This document shows positions 47,811-57,249 of a DNA stretch of 64,000 bases, piece after piece (position 1 is the stretch's first letter; every line of letters starts with the position of its first letter). The notes beneath the pieces are model-generated. The model did no database searches and was not told the DNA's origin. It was given only the letters and a program-made list of their open reading frames with translations. Source of the stretch: a virus; the IMG/VR virus record IMGVR_UViG_3300035670_000069, positions 32,001 to 96,000 of that record. The stretch is one strand, 5' to 3'. The translations under genes were made by a program, and so were the position numbers.

Positions 47811-47995
47811 TGCCATCATATGAATATGATTGTATGCCTTGTGGCAGAAGGTATACAAAAGTGCGTTCTATGTCAGACAATGATCCAGGATATTTATGCG
47901 ATACTTGCAATAAACCCTTGGTTCGTGTATACTCTAATGTAGGGGCTGTTTTTAATGGTCCTGGTTTTTATACAACTGATAATAGAAAGGTATAA
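47810..47995 (+). CDS. FmdB-family zinc-ribbon protein
   Basis: MPSYEYDC..CG, CDTC, FNGPGFYTTD. Confidence 0.85.
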   Translation: MPSYEYDCMPCGRRYTKVRSMSDNDPGYLCDTCNKPLVRVYSNVGAVFNGPGFYTTDNRKV

Positions 47996-47997
47996 TT

Positions 47998-48255
47998 ATG
48001 TTTAAGATGTTAGAACAAAAACAAGATGAAGTTTGGTTGCTAGATGCAACAGATAGATGTGATCGTTGTGGGGCACAAGCCTATATTAAAGTTATTGGAA
48101 AAGATAATAACGATCTGCTTTTTTGTGCACATCATTATAACAAGATTATGGACAATGCTGTGGGTTATGACAAAATGATGAAATTTGCTCTTGAGGTTAT
48201 AGACGAACGAGATAGGCTTGTAGAAAATAAATTAAAAGGAGAGTCATACTCTTGA
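47998..48255 (+). CDS. actinobacterial-type small zinc-binding protein
   Basis: DRCDRCGAQAY ... LLFCAHH. Confidence 0.7.
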   Translation: MFKMLEQKQDEVWLLDATDRCDRCGAQAYIKVIGKDNNDLLFCAHHYNKIMDNAVGYDKMMKFALEVIDERDRLVENKLKGESYS

Positions 48256-48773
48256 TTATTCAAATGTTTGGCATGGACGTATCTACAAGAGAAAAGGTTG
48301 GTAGAGAAATTGCTAAAAGATTAGATGCTTGGTATCTCGATAGTAGAGATCTCCCCATGGGACACACACAGCCACAACAGGCCAGATGGCTTCGTGTTGT
48401 TGCAAAAGCATTTGACAGAAACTATCATGGAGATATAATTACAAGCGGATACTTTGCTACTGCTGAGGCAAGAGAACAATATAGGATAGAGCCAGGAAGA
48501 CAAATTCCAGATTTTTCTGTTTTTATAGATACTATACCCCATGATCAATTCCATACAATACCTGGATATCTAGAAAGAAAAATACAATTAGTTGATAGCC
48601 ATTCAGAAAATGAAATGCAGGAATTAAGTTATTGGGAAGAAACATTAGAAAGCGACTATGATATTCGTATAACAGAAAATAATGGTATATATGAAATGGC
48701 CACCTTTATTATTGATAAATATCAAGAAAAAATGAAAAACTATAAGGTGGAATATAAATATGAGCAAGGCTAA
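48252..48773 (+). CDS. degenerate P-loop kinase-like protein
   Basis: layout like APS/gluconate kinases but Walker A reads GMDVSTREK. Confidence 0.45.
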   Translation: MIIQMFGMDVSTREKVGREIAKRLDAWYLDSRDLPMGHTQPQQARWLRVVAKAFDRNYHGDIITSGYFATAEAREQYRIEPGRQIPDFSVFIDTIPHDQFHTIPGYLERKIQLVDSHSENEMQELSYWEETLESDYDIRITENNGIYEMATFIIDKYQEKMKNYKVEYKYEQG

Positions 48774-49329
48774 AGAAAGTTTTAATTTTATATTCCATGG
48801 CAATTTTAATATAAGTCCAATAGTTGAGCATTTAAAAAAATATAATTCAGAATGGTTTTTAAATACAACAAGGCAAGATGCTTTTGGAGTTCATAAATAT
48901 ACCAATTCTATTTTTATATATGATCATGACGCAAATTGGAAAAAAAATACTAAATATTCTATAGAAAAAGCAACAAATGATGAAGATATGTTAAATCTTA
49001 TAAGTCCAATAATTAAAGTTTTAGAAGAAAAGCACAATGGTAAAGTTGGAAAAGTCTTATTTATAAGACTATCTTCGTCAAAAAATATTGATAAGCATGT
49101 AGATGTTGGCGATTATTTGGAATCTATAAGAAGGCATCATGTTCCAATTATTACAAATGATAATGTTTCTTTTGTTGTAGGTAATGAAACAAAAACTATG
49201 CGTATAGGTGAAATTTGGGAGGTAAATAACAATAAAATGCATGAAGTATTAAACGCTGGAGATGATGAAAGAGTACATCTCTTAATTGACATTATCCCAA
49301 ATAATTATATTGGAGAAGACAATGTATGA
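48760..49329 (+). CDS. aspartyl/asparaginyl beta-hydroxylase-like oxygenase
   Basis: IDKHVD, RHHVPIITN, GEIWEVNN..MHEVLN.GDDERVHLLID. Confidence 0.85.
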   Translation: MSKAKESFNFIFHGNFNISPIVEHLKKYNSEWFLNTTRQDAFGVHKYTNSIFIYDHDANWKKNTKYSIEKATNDEDMLNLISPIIKVLEEKHNGKVGKVLFIRLSSSKNIDKHVDVGDYLESIRRHHVPIITNDNVSFVVGNETKTMRIGEIWEVNNNKMHEVLNAGDDERVHLLIDIIPNNYIGEDNV

Positions 49330-49729
49330 ATATAGAGTAAAAAACATTACAAAAGTTGTAGACGGTGACACAATTGATGTTGATATAGACCTTGGATTTA
49401 ATATATCCTATTCTCAAAGAGTTAGGCTTGCTGGAATAGATACACCAGAATCAAGAACTTCTGACAAAGCAGAAAAGATTTTGGGGCTTGAGTCTAAAGA
49501 GTATTTGAAATCTAAACTAAAAGATGCTAAACTTATAGTAATAAAAACAGAAAAGCCAGACTCTTCTGAAAAATATGGCCGTATTTTAGGATGGCTATAT
49601 GTTAATGGAGATACAATTTCTATAAACGATCATATGATAGAGGATGGTTATGCTTGGGGATACCTTGGAGATACTAAGGTAAAAGACTTTGCTGCACTTG
49701 CTGCACAAAGAGAAAAGGCAAAAAAATGA
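49322..49729 (+). CDS. thermonuclease (SNase-like)
   Basis: VVDGDTI, VRLAGIDTPE, KYGRILG, MIEDGYA. Confidence 0.9.
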   Translation: MYEYRVKNITKVVDGDTIDVDIDLGFNISYSQRVRLAGIDTPESRTSDKAEKILGLESKEYLKSKLKDAKLIVIKTEKPDSSEKYGRILGWLYVNGDTISINDHMIEDGYAWGYLGDTKVKDFAALAAQREKAKK

Positions 49730-50046
49730 ATGAGCCGACAGATGTTGAAAAATTAATACTGGCTGGAGCCTTAGAGCCTGCTGCAATAGATAAAGATACT
49801 GGAGAAGTTTTATATAGTTTTACTTCAAAACTAGAGGAAGTAAGCCCAGAACTTCACAAGAAATTAACTAACTCTATTATGTCTGCAACTATGCACCTAT
49901 GGGAGTTAGGATTTTTAAATATGGATTTAACTAATCCAGATCCTATCATTTCTTTGACTGAAAAGGCTTATGATGAAAATGAATTGTCAAAACTAGATTT
50001 TGATTTAAGAAGATTTTTAGAAGATGCGAGGCGAGGTTTAGAATAA
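49726..50046 (+). CDS. hypothetical protein, paralogue of 29745..29981
   Basis: shared motif block. Confidence 0.6.
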   Translation: MNEPTDVEKLILAGALEPAAIDKDTGEVLYSFTSKLEEVSPELHKKLTNSIMSATMHLWELGFLNMDLTNPDPIISLTEKAYDENELSKLDFDLRRFLEDARRGLE

Positions 50047-50060
50047 CAAAGTAGTATAAT

Positions 50061-50498
50061 GTGTATACTATGCAATATTTAGCAGGATTTATATTTGCTT
50101 ATTTTATTTTGTATGTTATTTTTAAATTTCAAAATAAAAATAACGTCCTAAAAGAACCGACAATAAAGCCTATTAGATATAGTCAAAGCCACTTACATTC
50201 TTTGATCTATCCCCTATTGCCTAAAAATAAAAAAATAAAACCAAATAGAAAGTCTCAGTCTACTATCCATGAAGCAAAAACAAATATAAGGGTAATTATT
50301 ATGAATAATGTGGCCTATTGGATCAAAGATACCGCTTTTTATATGGCTGAGGTAAACCTTGATGGCACTGTAAATAAAGATACAACACAAAGAGTTGACA
50401 CAGCCACCATGGATAAGGTACAATTAGATAAGATGCTGTTCATTGTAGATAAACTTAGGGAAGGGACTTTTGATGATAGTGGGAGTGCAGGGAACTAG
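50061..50498 (+). CDS. membrane-anchored hypothetical protein
   Basis: N-terminal TM; start 50061 (GTG) or 50070. Confidence 0.55.
   Translation: MYTMQYLAGFIFAYFILYVIFKFQNKNNVLKEPTIKPIRYSQSHLHSLIYPLLPKNKKIKPNRKSQSTIHEAKTNIRVIIMNNVAYWIKDTAFYMAEVNLDGTVNKDTTQRVDTATMDKVQLDKMLFIVDKLREGTFDDSGSAGN
50395..50424 (+). promoter_or_regulatory. sigmaA-type promoter inside CDS
   Basis: TTGACA-18 nt-TACAAT. Confidence 0.6.
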
Positions 50499-50823
50499 TA
50501 GTTTTAAAGACTACAATGTTTTCCTTAGAGCAATGGGGGTTGCTCTTTCTAGTCTTCCAGAAAACGATAAATATTTTTATATTTATAGCGCTGGCCCAGC
50601 AGCAACCAACTCTATGGCTATGGAGTTTGTAAACGTTTCTGAACGTAATATGAAATCCCGTGGGATAAAAATAAAATTATATAAAGTTCCACCTTCCTGG
50701 ATTAGTGAGAACATGCATGAAATAAACTATTTTGCTTTTTTATCAAATGAAAAAGAGCAAGTTTCAAAGTTAGTAAAAGATGCCGAACTTCAAAACATTG
50801 AAGTTGGAATATTTAGATACTGA
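50470..50823 (+). CDS. SLOG/YspA-like protein (possible)
   Basis: IVGVQGTSSFKDY resembles GSRxFxDY of DUF2493. Confidence 0.45.
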   Translation: MMIVGVQGTSSFKDYNVFLRAMGVALSSLPENDKYFYIYSAGPAATNSMAMEFVNVSERNMKSRGIKIKLYKVPPSWISENMHEINYFAFLSNEKEQVSKLVKDAELQNIEVGIFRY

Positions 50824-50829
50824 GGGAAT

Positions 50830-51042
50830 ATGAATATCACATCAATTGAAAAAATGGAAACAATCGTAAACAATAATAAGTCCTTGTCTTGGGATGGCTG
50901 GACAGTTGTAAATAAATATAAAAGTGAAAAGGGTAGAACATCCAAATATGGCAAGTATATTGACGGTGCTTGGTATATGACTAGAAGATTTGTGCCAGGT
51001 AAAAATGGGTGGGAAATACCAGAAAGATTTACAGATGCATAA
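50830..51042 (+). CDS. hypothetical protein
   Basis: 70 aa Trp-rich ORF with SD. Confidence 0.55.
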   Translation: MNITSIEKMETIVNNNKSLSWDGWTVVNKYKSEKGRTSKYGKYIDGAWYMTRRFVPGKNGWEIPERFTDA

Positions 51043-51322
51043 ACTTAAATGGAAAGACAACGCATCATGTATAGATTACGATACAAATATATTTTTTGAA
51101 AAGTATGAAGACGATGAAGGTTTAAGGCCAGCAATAGACAATCTTTGTCAGGCCTGCCCCGTAGTAAAAACATGTTTTGCTGTAGGAGTTTCTAGTAAAG
51201 AATGGGGCGTTTGGGGAGGGGTCTACCTTGAAAGTGGAAATATTTCAAAAGAATATAACTCTCATAAAAAAGATTCAGATTGGTCAAACATTTGGCAAAT
51301 TTTAACATTGGATAGAGATTAA
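51035..51322 (+). CDS. whiB: WhiB-family transcription factor
   Basis: W...ASC..FF..C..CPV...C...EWGVWGG; start ATG 51035. Confidence 0.9.
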   Translation: MHKLKWKDNASCIDYDTNIFFEKYEDDEGLRPAIDNLCQACPVVKTCFAVGVSSKEWGVWGGVYLESGNISKEYNSHKKDSDWSNIWQILTLDRD

Positions 51323-52227
51323 TGTTTGTGCTTGGAACAGAACAGGAACCATCAAAATTTTTTGGAACCTATAAAATATCTGTAGAAAAAAGTAATCAAC
51401 TTAATTTTACAAAAATTTCAGATGATAAAAATGAAATTGAAAATTTAGTTATTATACTTAATAGTAGATTTTATCATACAATGATCGAAGTATTAGGTAC
51501 AATTTTAAATATTTATGAAAAAAATAATCAATTTCATTTTAATATAATAATGACAAAATTTGAACAATATTATGATTCTCCACATACAAAATTTTTATTT
51601 AAAATATTAAAAGATAATAACATTAATTATACAATTTATGATGAAAGAAATAATAATAAAGAAATTATTGTTAGTAACTTTATTTATTATGGAAATTTTA
51701 TAAGGATTAATGATAATGCAATAAACAATATATATAAGTATTGTTTGCCATATGTAAAGCAAAAAAAATATGCTGCAGACAATAAGGTTTATTTAAGCAG
51801 GAAAAAAACAACATATCAAACTGGGGAGCCAATACTTGGCTTTGATAAAAACAAATACGCCTCTTTACCATTTAAAGATGACCTGAGAGTTGACAACGAA
51901 GAAATTTTAGAAGAATATTTTAAAAATAAAAAATATAAAATTGTATATCCTGAAGATTTTGATAACTTTGAAGATCAAATAAATTATTTCTATAATGTAA
52001 AAAATCTTGTATCTTTGAGTGGTGCGGGGCTAACTAATCAATGCCTTATGCAGCCAGGGGCCAATGTTGTAGAAATATCAACGCCTTTGATGGTTATGGG
52101 TGAAACCGAATTACATACTTTATATTTTTGTATGGCATGGGCAAAGGACCATAACTACTACTCTATTCCCAGTTTAAGAAAGTCCAAAGAAATAATAAAC
52201 AGGTTAGAAAGGTCTGGGATAATATAA
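51322..52227 (+). CDS. GT61/DUF563-like glycosyltransferase, copy 1
   Basis: FYH, KVYLSR, PEDF..FEDQI, GAGLTN..MQPG..VVE. Confidence 0.75.
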   Translation: MFVLGTEQEPSKFFGTYKISVEKSNQLNFTKISDDKNEIENLVIILNSRFYHTMIEVLGTILNIYEKNNQFHFNIIMTKFEQYYDSPHTKFLFKILKDNNINYTIYDERNNNKEIIVSNFIYYGNFIRINDNAINNIYKYCLPYVKQKKYAADNKVYLSRKKTTYQTGEPILGFDKNKYASLPFKDDLRVDNEEILEEYFKNKKYKIVYPEDFDNFEDQINYFYNVKNLVSLSGAGLTNQCLMQPGANVVEISTPLMVMGETELHTLYFCMAWAKDHNYYSIPSLRKSKEIINRLERSGII

Positions 52228-52229
52228 TT

Positions 52230-53204
52230 ATGACATTAAAATTTAACGATGACGATAGATATCCAACTAAAAACAATGGATTTCATTCTATAGAATTAAA
52301 CACATTAGATGTACACAAAAGACTTTCGCCAAAACTATTACAAGAAACCGAAATTATTAGTTTAAAAAATATAATAAATATTGATACAGACAATAAAGAA
52401 ATATACTATGTTGAATTACAAGATTCATTCTTTCATTTTTTATTAGAGGACATGTCAAATATATTGTATAATTTTAATTTAAATAAAGACATTGTCTTTA
52501 TTCTTAATGCACACAATGTCTTAACATCTAATCAACCGCAGGTACCATGGCTTTTAAAATTATTTAAATTTTTAGATATTAATTTTATCTTATTAAATTT
52601 TGAAAAAGGTAAAAATTTAATAATAAAAGACTTTTATTCAACGAATAACGATAGCCTATATTATGATCATGTGGATAATTTTTATCATATTATACAAAGA
52701 TATAAAGACAGGTATGGATTAATAAATCATGTTGGTCCATATAGAAAAGTTTATTTGAGTAGAAAAAAAATATCAGACAAAAGTAAACAGATTATGTTTA
52801 GTAACAATAATCCAGATAACTATAATTTTCAAGATGATATTCGTGTTGACAATGAAGAAAAAATAGAACAATATTTTAGTAATTTTGGATTTGAAATTAT
52901 TTATCCCGAAGAGTTTCATAATTTTGATGATCAAATAGACTATTTTGATACTGTAAAAACTCTTGTTTCTTTAACGAGTGCTGGACTGAGTAATGCTTTG
53001 TTTATGAGGCCAGGACAAATGCTAGTAGAGTTATCCGTTCCATTAATTGTTGACGGCAGAGAATCTATTCACACTCACTATCAAGGGCTATCTTTTGCAA
53101 AAAACCATCGATATATATCAATTCCAAGCATGAGAAATTCTGATGATATAATTGGACATATAGAAAATAACCTAAAACTAAAAGAGTTGATATCAAATGG
53201 ATAA
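52230..53204 (+). CDS. GT61/DUF563-like glycosyltransferase, copy 2
   Basis: FFHFLLE, KVYLSR, DQI, SAGLSNALFMRPG..LVE. Confidence 0.75.
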   Translation: MTLKFNDDDRYPTKNNGFHSIELNTLDVHKRLSPKLLQETEIISLKNIINIDTDNKEIYYVELQDSFFHFLLEDMSNILYNFNLNKDIVFILNAHNVLTSNQPQVPWLLKLFKFLDINFILLNFEKGKNLIIKDFYSTNNDSLYYDHVDNFYHIIQRYKDRYGLINHVGPYRKVYLSRKKISDKSKQIMFSNNNPDNYNFQDDIRVDNEEKIEQYFSNFGFEIIYPEEFHNFDDQIDYFDTVKTLVSLTSAGLSNALFMRPGQMLVELSVPLIVDGRESIHTHYQGLSFAKNHRYISIPSMRNSDDIIGHIENNLKLKELISNG

Positions 53205-54558
53205 ATTAATTATTTTTGATTTAGATGGAGTATTAATTGATAGTAAAACTTTACACTTTGATGCATTTAATTTAGCATTAAAAGAAGCAGATCCATCTTA
53301 TGTTATATCAAAAGAAGATCATAAAAATATTTATGAAGGTCTTCCAACTACCGAAAAATTAAAAATTTTAACAATCCAAAAAAATCTTCCAGAGTCAATG
53401 TATCAAAAAATTTGGGATATTAAACAAAAGCATACAATGAAAATGCTTGAAGATATTTCTGAAGATCAAGAATTAAAGACAATAATTAGTTTTATAAAAG
53501 AAAATAATTTTAAAGTTGCAGTTGCAAGCAACAGCATAAAAGAAACTATTATAACTGTATTAAAAAAAATAGGAATTTTTAACGATATAGATTTTATAGT
53601 TGGAAATGAAGATGTTTTGCATCCCAAGCCACACCCAGAAATGTATTGGAAGTGCATGTCTTATTTTAATACGGTGCCAGATAGCACTATAATTTTTGAA
53701 GATAGCGTTGTTGGCAAAGTTGCTGTTTATAATAGTAAAGCAAAATTAGTTCACGTAGAAAATAGAAAAGATTTAACGCTTAAAAAAGTTTCTGATTCAA
53801 TTGAAACTATTAAAAATAGCCCAATTTCTATAATTGATAAAACAATAAACATACTTATTCCAATGGCTGGTGCTGGCAGTCGTTTTGCTGATGCTGGATA
53901 TTCGTTTCCAAAACCCCTAATTGATATCAATGGGAAAACAATGATTGAACTAGTTGTTAAAAATTTAGGAATTAAGGGAAATTACATTTTTTTAGTACAA
54001 AAAGAACATTACAACAAATATAACTTACAAGAAACTTTAGAATTAATTTCCCCTAATTGTAAAATTGTTCAGGTGGACTCATTAACAGAAGGTGCAGCCT
54101 GCACCTCACTATTAGCAAAAAATTTAATTGATAATGACAATCCGCTTATTATTGCAAATTCAGATCAGTATGTGGAGTGGGATAATAGGGAATTTTTATA
54201 TAATAGTTTAATAAAAAATACCGACGGATCAATTTTATTATTTAAATCATCACATCCGAAATGGTCTTATGCAAAACTAAATGATTTTGGGCTTGTGTCA
54301 GAGGTAGCAGAAAAAAAACCAATTAGCGATAACGCAACTGTTGGTATTTATTTTTGGTCTAAAGGATCAGACTATGTCAAATATGCAGAACAGATGATAA
54401 ATAAAGATATTAGAACAAATAATGAATTTTATATTTGCCCCGTTTATAACGAAGCCATTGAAGATGGTAAAAAAATTGGATCATTTTTTGCAAATGCAAT
54501 GTGGGGACTTGGCACTCCTGAAGATTTAAATTTATTTTTAAGGAACAAAAATGATTAA
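53197..54558 (+). CDS. HAD phosphatase fused to nucleotidyltransferase
   Basis: FDLDGVL, ASNS, KPHP, FEDS; then IPMAGAGSRF..PKPLI, NSDQ, EKKPIS, GLGTPEDL. Confidence 0.88.
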   Translation: MDKLIIFDLDGVLIDSKTLHFDAFNLALKEADPSYVISKEDHKNIYEGLPTTEKLKILTIQKNLPESMYQKIWDIKQKHTMKMLEDISEDQELKTIISFIKENNFKVAVASNSIKETIITVLKKIGIFNDIDFIVGNEDVLHPKPHPEMYWKCMSYFNTVPDSTIIFEDSVVGKVAVYNSKAKLVHVENRKDLTLKKVSDSIETIKNSPISIIDKTINILIPMAGAGSRFADAGYSFPKPLIDINGKTMIELVVKNLGIKGNYIFLVQKEHYNKYNLQETLELISPNCKIVQVDSLTEGAACTSLLAKNLIDNDNPLIIANSDQYVEWDNREFLYNSLIKNTDGSILLFKSSHPKWSYAKLNDFGLVSEVAEKKPISDNATVGIYFWSKGSDYVKYAEQMINKDIRTNNEFYICPVYNEAIEDGKKIGSFFANAMWGLGTPEDLNLFLRNKND

Positions 54559-54991
54559 AATTTCTCATAGAGGCAACCTGCATGGTCCTAATCTTAATGA
54601 CGAAAACAATCCAGACTATATCTATGAAGCCATTAAGTCTGGGTATAATGTCGAAATTGATTTTTGGGTAGTTGATCGTAACTTATATTTTGGACACGAA
54701 GAGCCTACCTATAAGGTTAATGATTATTTTTTACATTATAATATAAAAAACATATGGCTTCATTGTAAAAATTTAGAAGCATTAGATTTTGTTTTGACAG
54801 TGCCAAAATATTATAAAGCATTTTGGCATCAGGAAGACTCTTACACAATAACAACTAATAACTATATATGGACATATCCTGGAATGCCAGTCACCGATAA
54901 AAGTATTTTGGTGCATAAGGATATGCCAACAAAGGATGTTTTATCTTTAAATATGGCTGGGATTTGTAGTGACTATATAGGCAAAATATGA
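54551..54991 (+). CDS. GDPD/PLC-like phosphodiesterase
   Basis: ISHRGN, EN, VEID, GH, HCKN, GICSD. Confidence 0.75.
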   Translation: MIKISHRGNLHGPNLNDENNPDYIYEAIKSGYNVEIDFWVVDRNLYFGHEEPTYKVNDYFLHYNIKNIWLHCKNLEALDFVLTVPKYYKAFWHQEDSYTITTNNYIWTYPGMPVTDKSILVHKDMPTKDVLSLNMAGICSDYIGKI

Positions 54992-55905
54992 TTTTTTACG
55001 ATAATACTACTGAAGGTAAGTTTTATCAAGGAATTTATAAATTAACTAATTCTGGAAACTCTTTGGTTGTAGAAAAATCTAACCTAATTGTTAACGGGGT
55101 TTTTACAGAAAAAAACAAACCGAAAGTTTTCTTATTTATTAAGGATAGATTTTATCACCAAATAGTAGAAACATTTGCAATAATTTTATTTTCTATAAAG
55201 GAAGATCCAGATACAATTTTTATATTAGATTTAACCCAACAGCCTAGACTAAACGAATTAGACTTTTTGTTTAAATATTTAGATGAAAACAATATCAAAT
55301 ACTACATAACTAATTTAAGAAAAAGTGGTCCCCTATATGTTTCTGATTTTAAAACATACATAAACTATCAAATTCATAAAAAATGTGTAGATGTCTTATA
55401 CGAAATGTCTCAAAAGTTTGTCAAGAATCATAAACCATTTCGAAAGGTATATATTAGTAGGGCAAAAACCATTAATCATAGCGAAATAGCAATGTTTGGT
55501 CCAAATAATGATTCGTCTAAATTTAATTTTAACAATGATATAAGGCTAGATAATGATAAAAAAATGGAATCTTATTTTTCATCTTTGGGCTTTGAAATTA
55601 TTTATCCAGAAGACTTTTTAAATTTTAATGATCAATTAATATTTTTTAATGAAGTAAAAATAATTGCAGGGGTTACCAATGCTGGCCTTTTGAATTCTAT
55701 ATTTATGCAGCCAGGGGGAATTGTATTAGAATTAACTGTCCCATTGATAGTGTATGGAACAGAAAAAATTCATCATCAATACAAAGGACTTGCAGATGTT
55801 AAGGAGCACATGTATTTATCATTATTTAGTATGAGAAAAGTCGATGATTTTATTGACAAAATAGAAAATAATAAAATGATAAAAGAATTGCTTTTAAGTA
55901 GTTAG
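54988..55905 (+). CDS. GT61/DUF563-like glycosyltransferase, copy 3
   Basis: FYH, KVYISR, DQL, NAGLLNSIFMQPG..VLE. Confidence 0.75.
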   Translation: MIFYDNTTEGKFYQGIYKLTNSGNSLVVEKSNLIVNGVFTEKNKPKVFLFIKDRFYHQIVETFAIILFSIKEDPDTIFILDLTQQPRLNELDFLFKYLDENNIKYYITNLRKSGPLYVSDFKTYINYQIHKKCVDVLYEMSQKFVKNHKPFRKVYISRAKTINHSEIAMFGPNNDSSKFNFNNDIRLDNDKKMESYFSSLGFEIIYPEDFLNFNDQLIFFNEVKIIAGVTNAGLLNSIFMQPGGIVLELTVPLIVYGTEKIHHQYKGLADVKEHMYLSLFSMRKVDDFIDKIENNKMIKELLLSS

Positions 55906-55907
55906 TC

Positions 55908-55916
55908 TGATATAAT
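55908..55916 (+). promoter_or_regulatory. extended -10 TGaTATAAT, leaderless start
   Basis: 6 nt before ATG 55923, no SD. Confidence 0.7.
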
Positions 55917-55922
55917 AAAATA

Positions 55923-56162
55923 ATGTATACTACAAAAATGTCAAAAGCCTTTAGGTCTTTAGATCATTTTTGCCCAAAAGGATTCCAAGTAGAATTAATA
56001 GACAATGAACATTTTATTACCATCCGTGCTTCTGAAAAATCCTTCATGTCTTTACTTGACACAGACAAGAGACGTGCTGTAGAATATATGGTAAGGGTTA
56101 AAAAAGCCCTTGAAGACAATGGCGCCATTGTTTTGTTAGTTCGTGAAGGCGGTAAAGAATAA
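55923..56162 (+). CDS. hypothetical protein
   Basis: 79 aa, own promoter. Confidence 0.6.
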   Translation: MYTTKMSKAFRSLDHFCPKGFQVELIDNEHFITIRASEKSFMSLLDTDKRRAVEYMVRVKKALEDNGAIVLLVREGGKE

Positions 56163-56659
56163 TGCAAACATTCTTAACATCTACCAACAGTCTTGAATGT
56201 GCACAAAATCTTGACAATAAAAGATTAAACAAGCAGATACTTGAAGGCTATCAAATTCTTAATGTATTATCTGGCAGATCAAAGACTGGCGGATGGCGTA
56301 ATCATCCTGCTGTGCTTATGTGGAAAGGTTATGAACATGGACTTTGGTCATATATTGAAAGCATGGTACAAATTGCTAATCTTCGTGGCATTAAAACAGA
56401 AAATAATGTAAAGAATTTAAATGCTTTATATGCAGAGTGCTATGAAGACTGGGGTAATGAGCATCCAGCGTTTTGGCGGGATGATAATAAAATAATGCGT
56501 ATCATTACTACTCACCGTGCTAATCTATTTAAAAAAGATCCACTTTACTATGCTAAGTATCAATATGCAGTAAATAGCCCACATAACGTTCCTTGCTGTC
56601 CAGATCGTAAAGAGCCTTGCAAATATTATTGGCCAACACATGAGGTCTCTAATGCTTGA
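56162..56659 (+). CDS. pyrimidine dimer DNA glycosylase / DenV-like (MSMEG_6728 family)
   Basis: MQTFL, LDNKRLNKQILE, GWRNHPAVLMW, THRANL..KD, YYWP. Confidence 0.85.
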   Translation: MQTFLTSTNSLECAQNLDNKRLNKQILEGYQILNVLSGRSKTGGWRNHPAVLMWKGYEHGLWSYIESMVQIANLRGIKTENNVKNLNALYAECYEDWGNEHPAFWRDDNKIMRIITTHRANLFKKDPLYYAKYQYAVNSPHNVPCCPDRKEPCKYYWPTHEVSNA

Positions 56660-57056
56660 TTTGTTAATATTTATAGTGGTTGTTGTTGTAATCGTAGGCG
56701 CTGTATTAGAAAACATTAGATTGAAAAACAATAATACAGAATTACTATTTTTATTGGCCCAGTCAAATATTGATAATTCTTTAATAAAGAAAAAAATAAC
56801 AACAGAACAAGATATAGAAAAAGACCACCTAATAAAATTTTTATCAGATTCTAGAGATTCCTCATATCAATATATAGAAGATGTTCAAAATGAATTAAAA
56901 AATTTTAAAAATGATTTAGAGCGTCACGTTGCATATTTTGATTCATACGGAATGCTTGCAGAGCCATATGATGTGCACTATGACATGTCCGTAAAGTTTG
57001 TAGAATATTATAAAAAATTAATTAGTTTTATTCCAAAGGACGAAAATGGCAATTGA
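56652..57056 (+). CDS. membrane-anchored hypothetical protein
   Basis: N-terminal TM, coiled coil. Confidence 0.55.
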   Translation: MLDLLIFIVVVVVIVGAVLENIRLKNNNTELLFLLAQSNIDNSLIKKKITTEQDIEKDHLIKFLSDSRDSSYQYIEDVQNELKNFKNDLERHVAYFDSYGMLAEPYDVHYDMSVKFVEYYKKLISFIPKDENGN

Positions 57057-57249
57057 CTTTAGAGGAATACCAACAACGGCATGTCCAATATGTGGTTGTA
57101 AAACTTTTAACATAAAGGCAGAATTTGATCCAACAGACTATGAAATAGGATTATATTATTTAGATGGAAATTGTTCACAATGTGGTACACTATTAACAGT
57201 GCCAACACCACTAGACCATCCAAGTAATAGGGAGAAAAATGGATTATAA
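57046..57249 (+). CDS. zinc-ribbon protein
   Basis: CPICG ... CSQCG..LTVPTP. Confidence 0.7.
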   Translation: MAIDFRGIPTTACPICGCKTFNIKAEFDPTDYEIGLYYLDGNCSQCGTLLTVPTPLDHPSNREKNGL

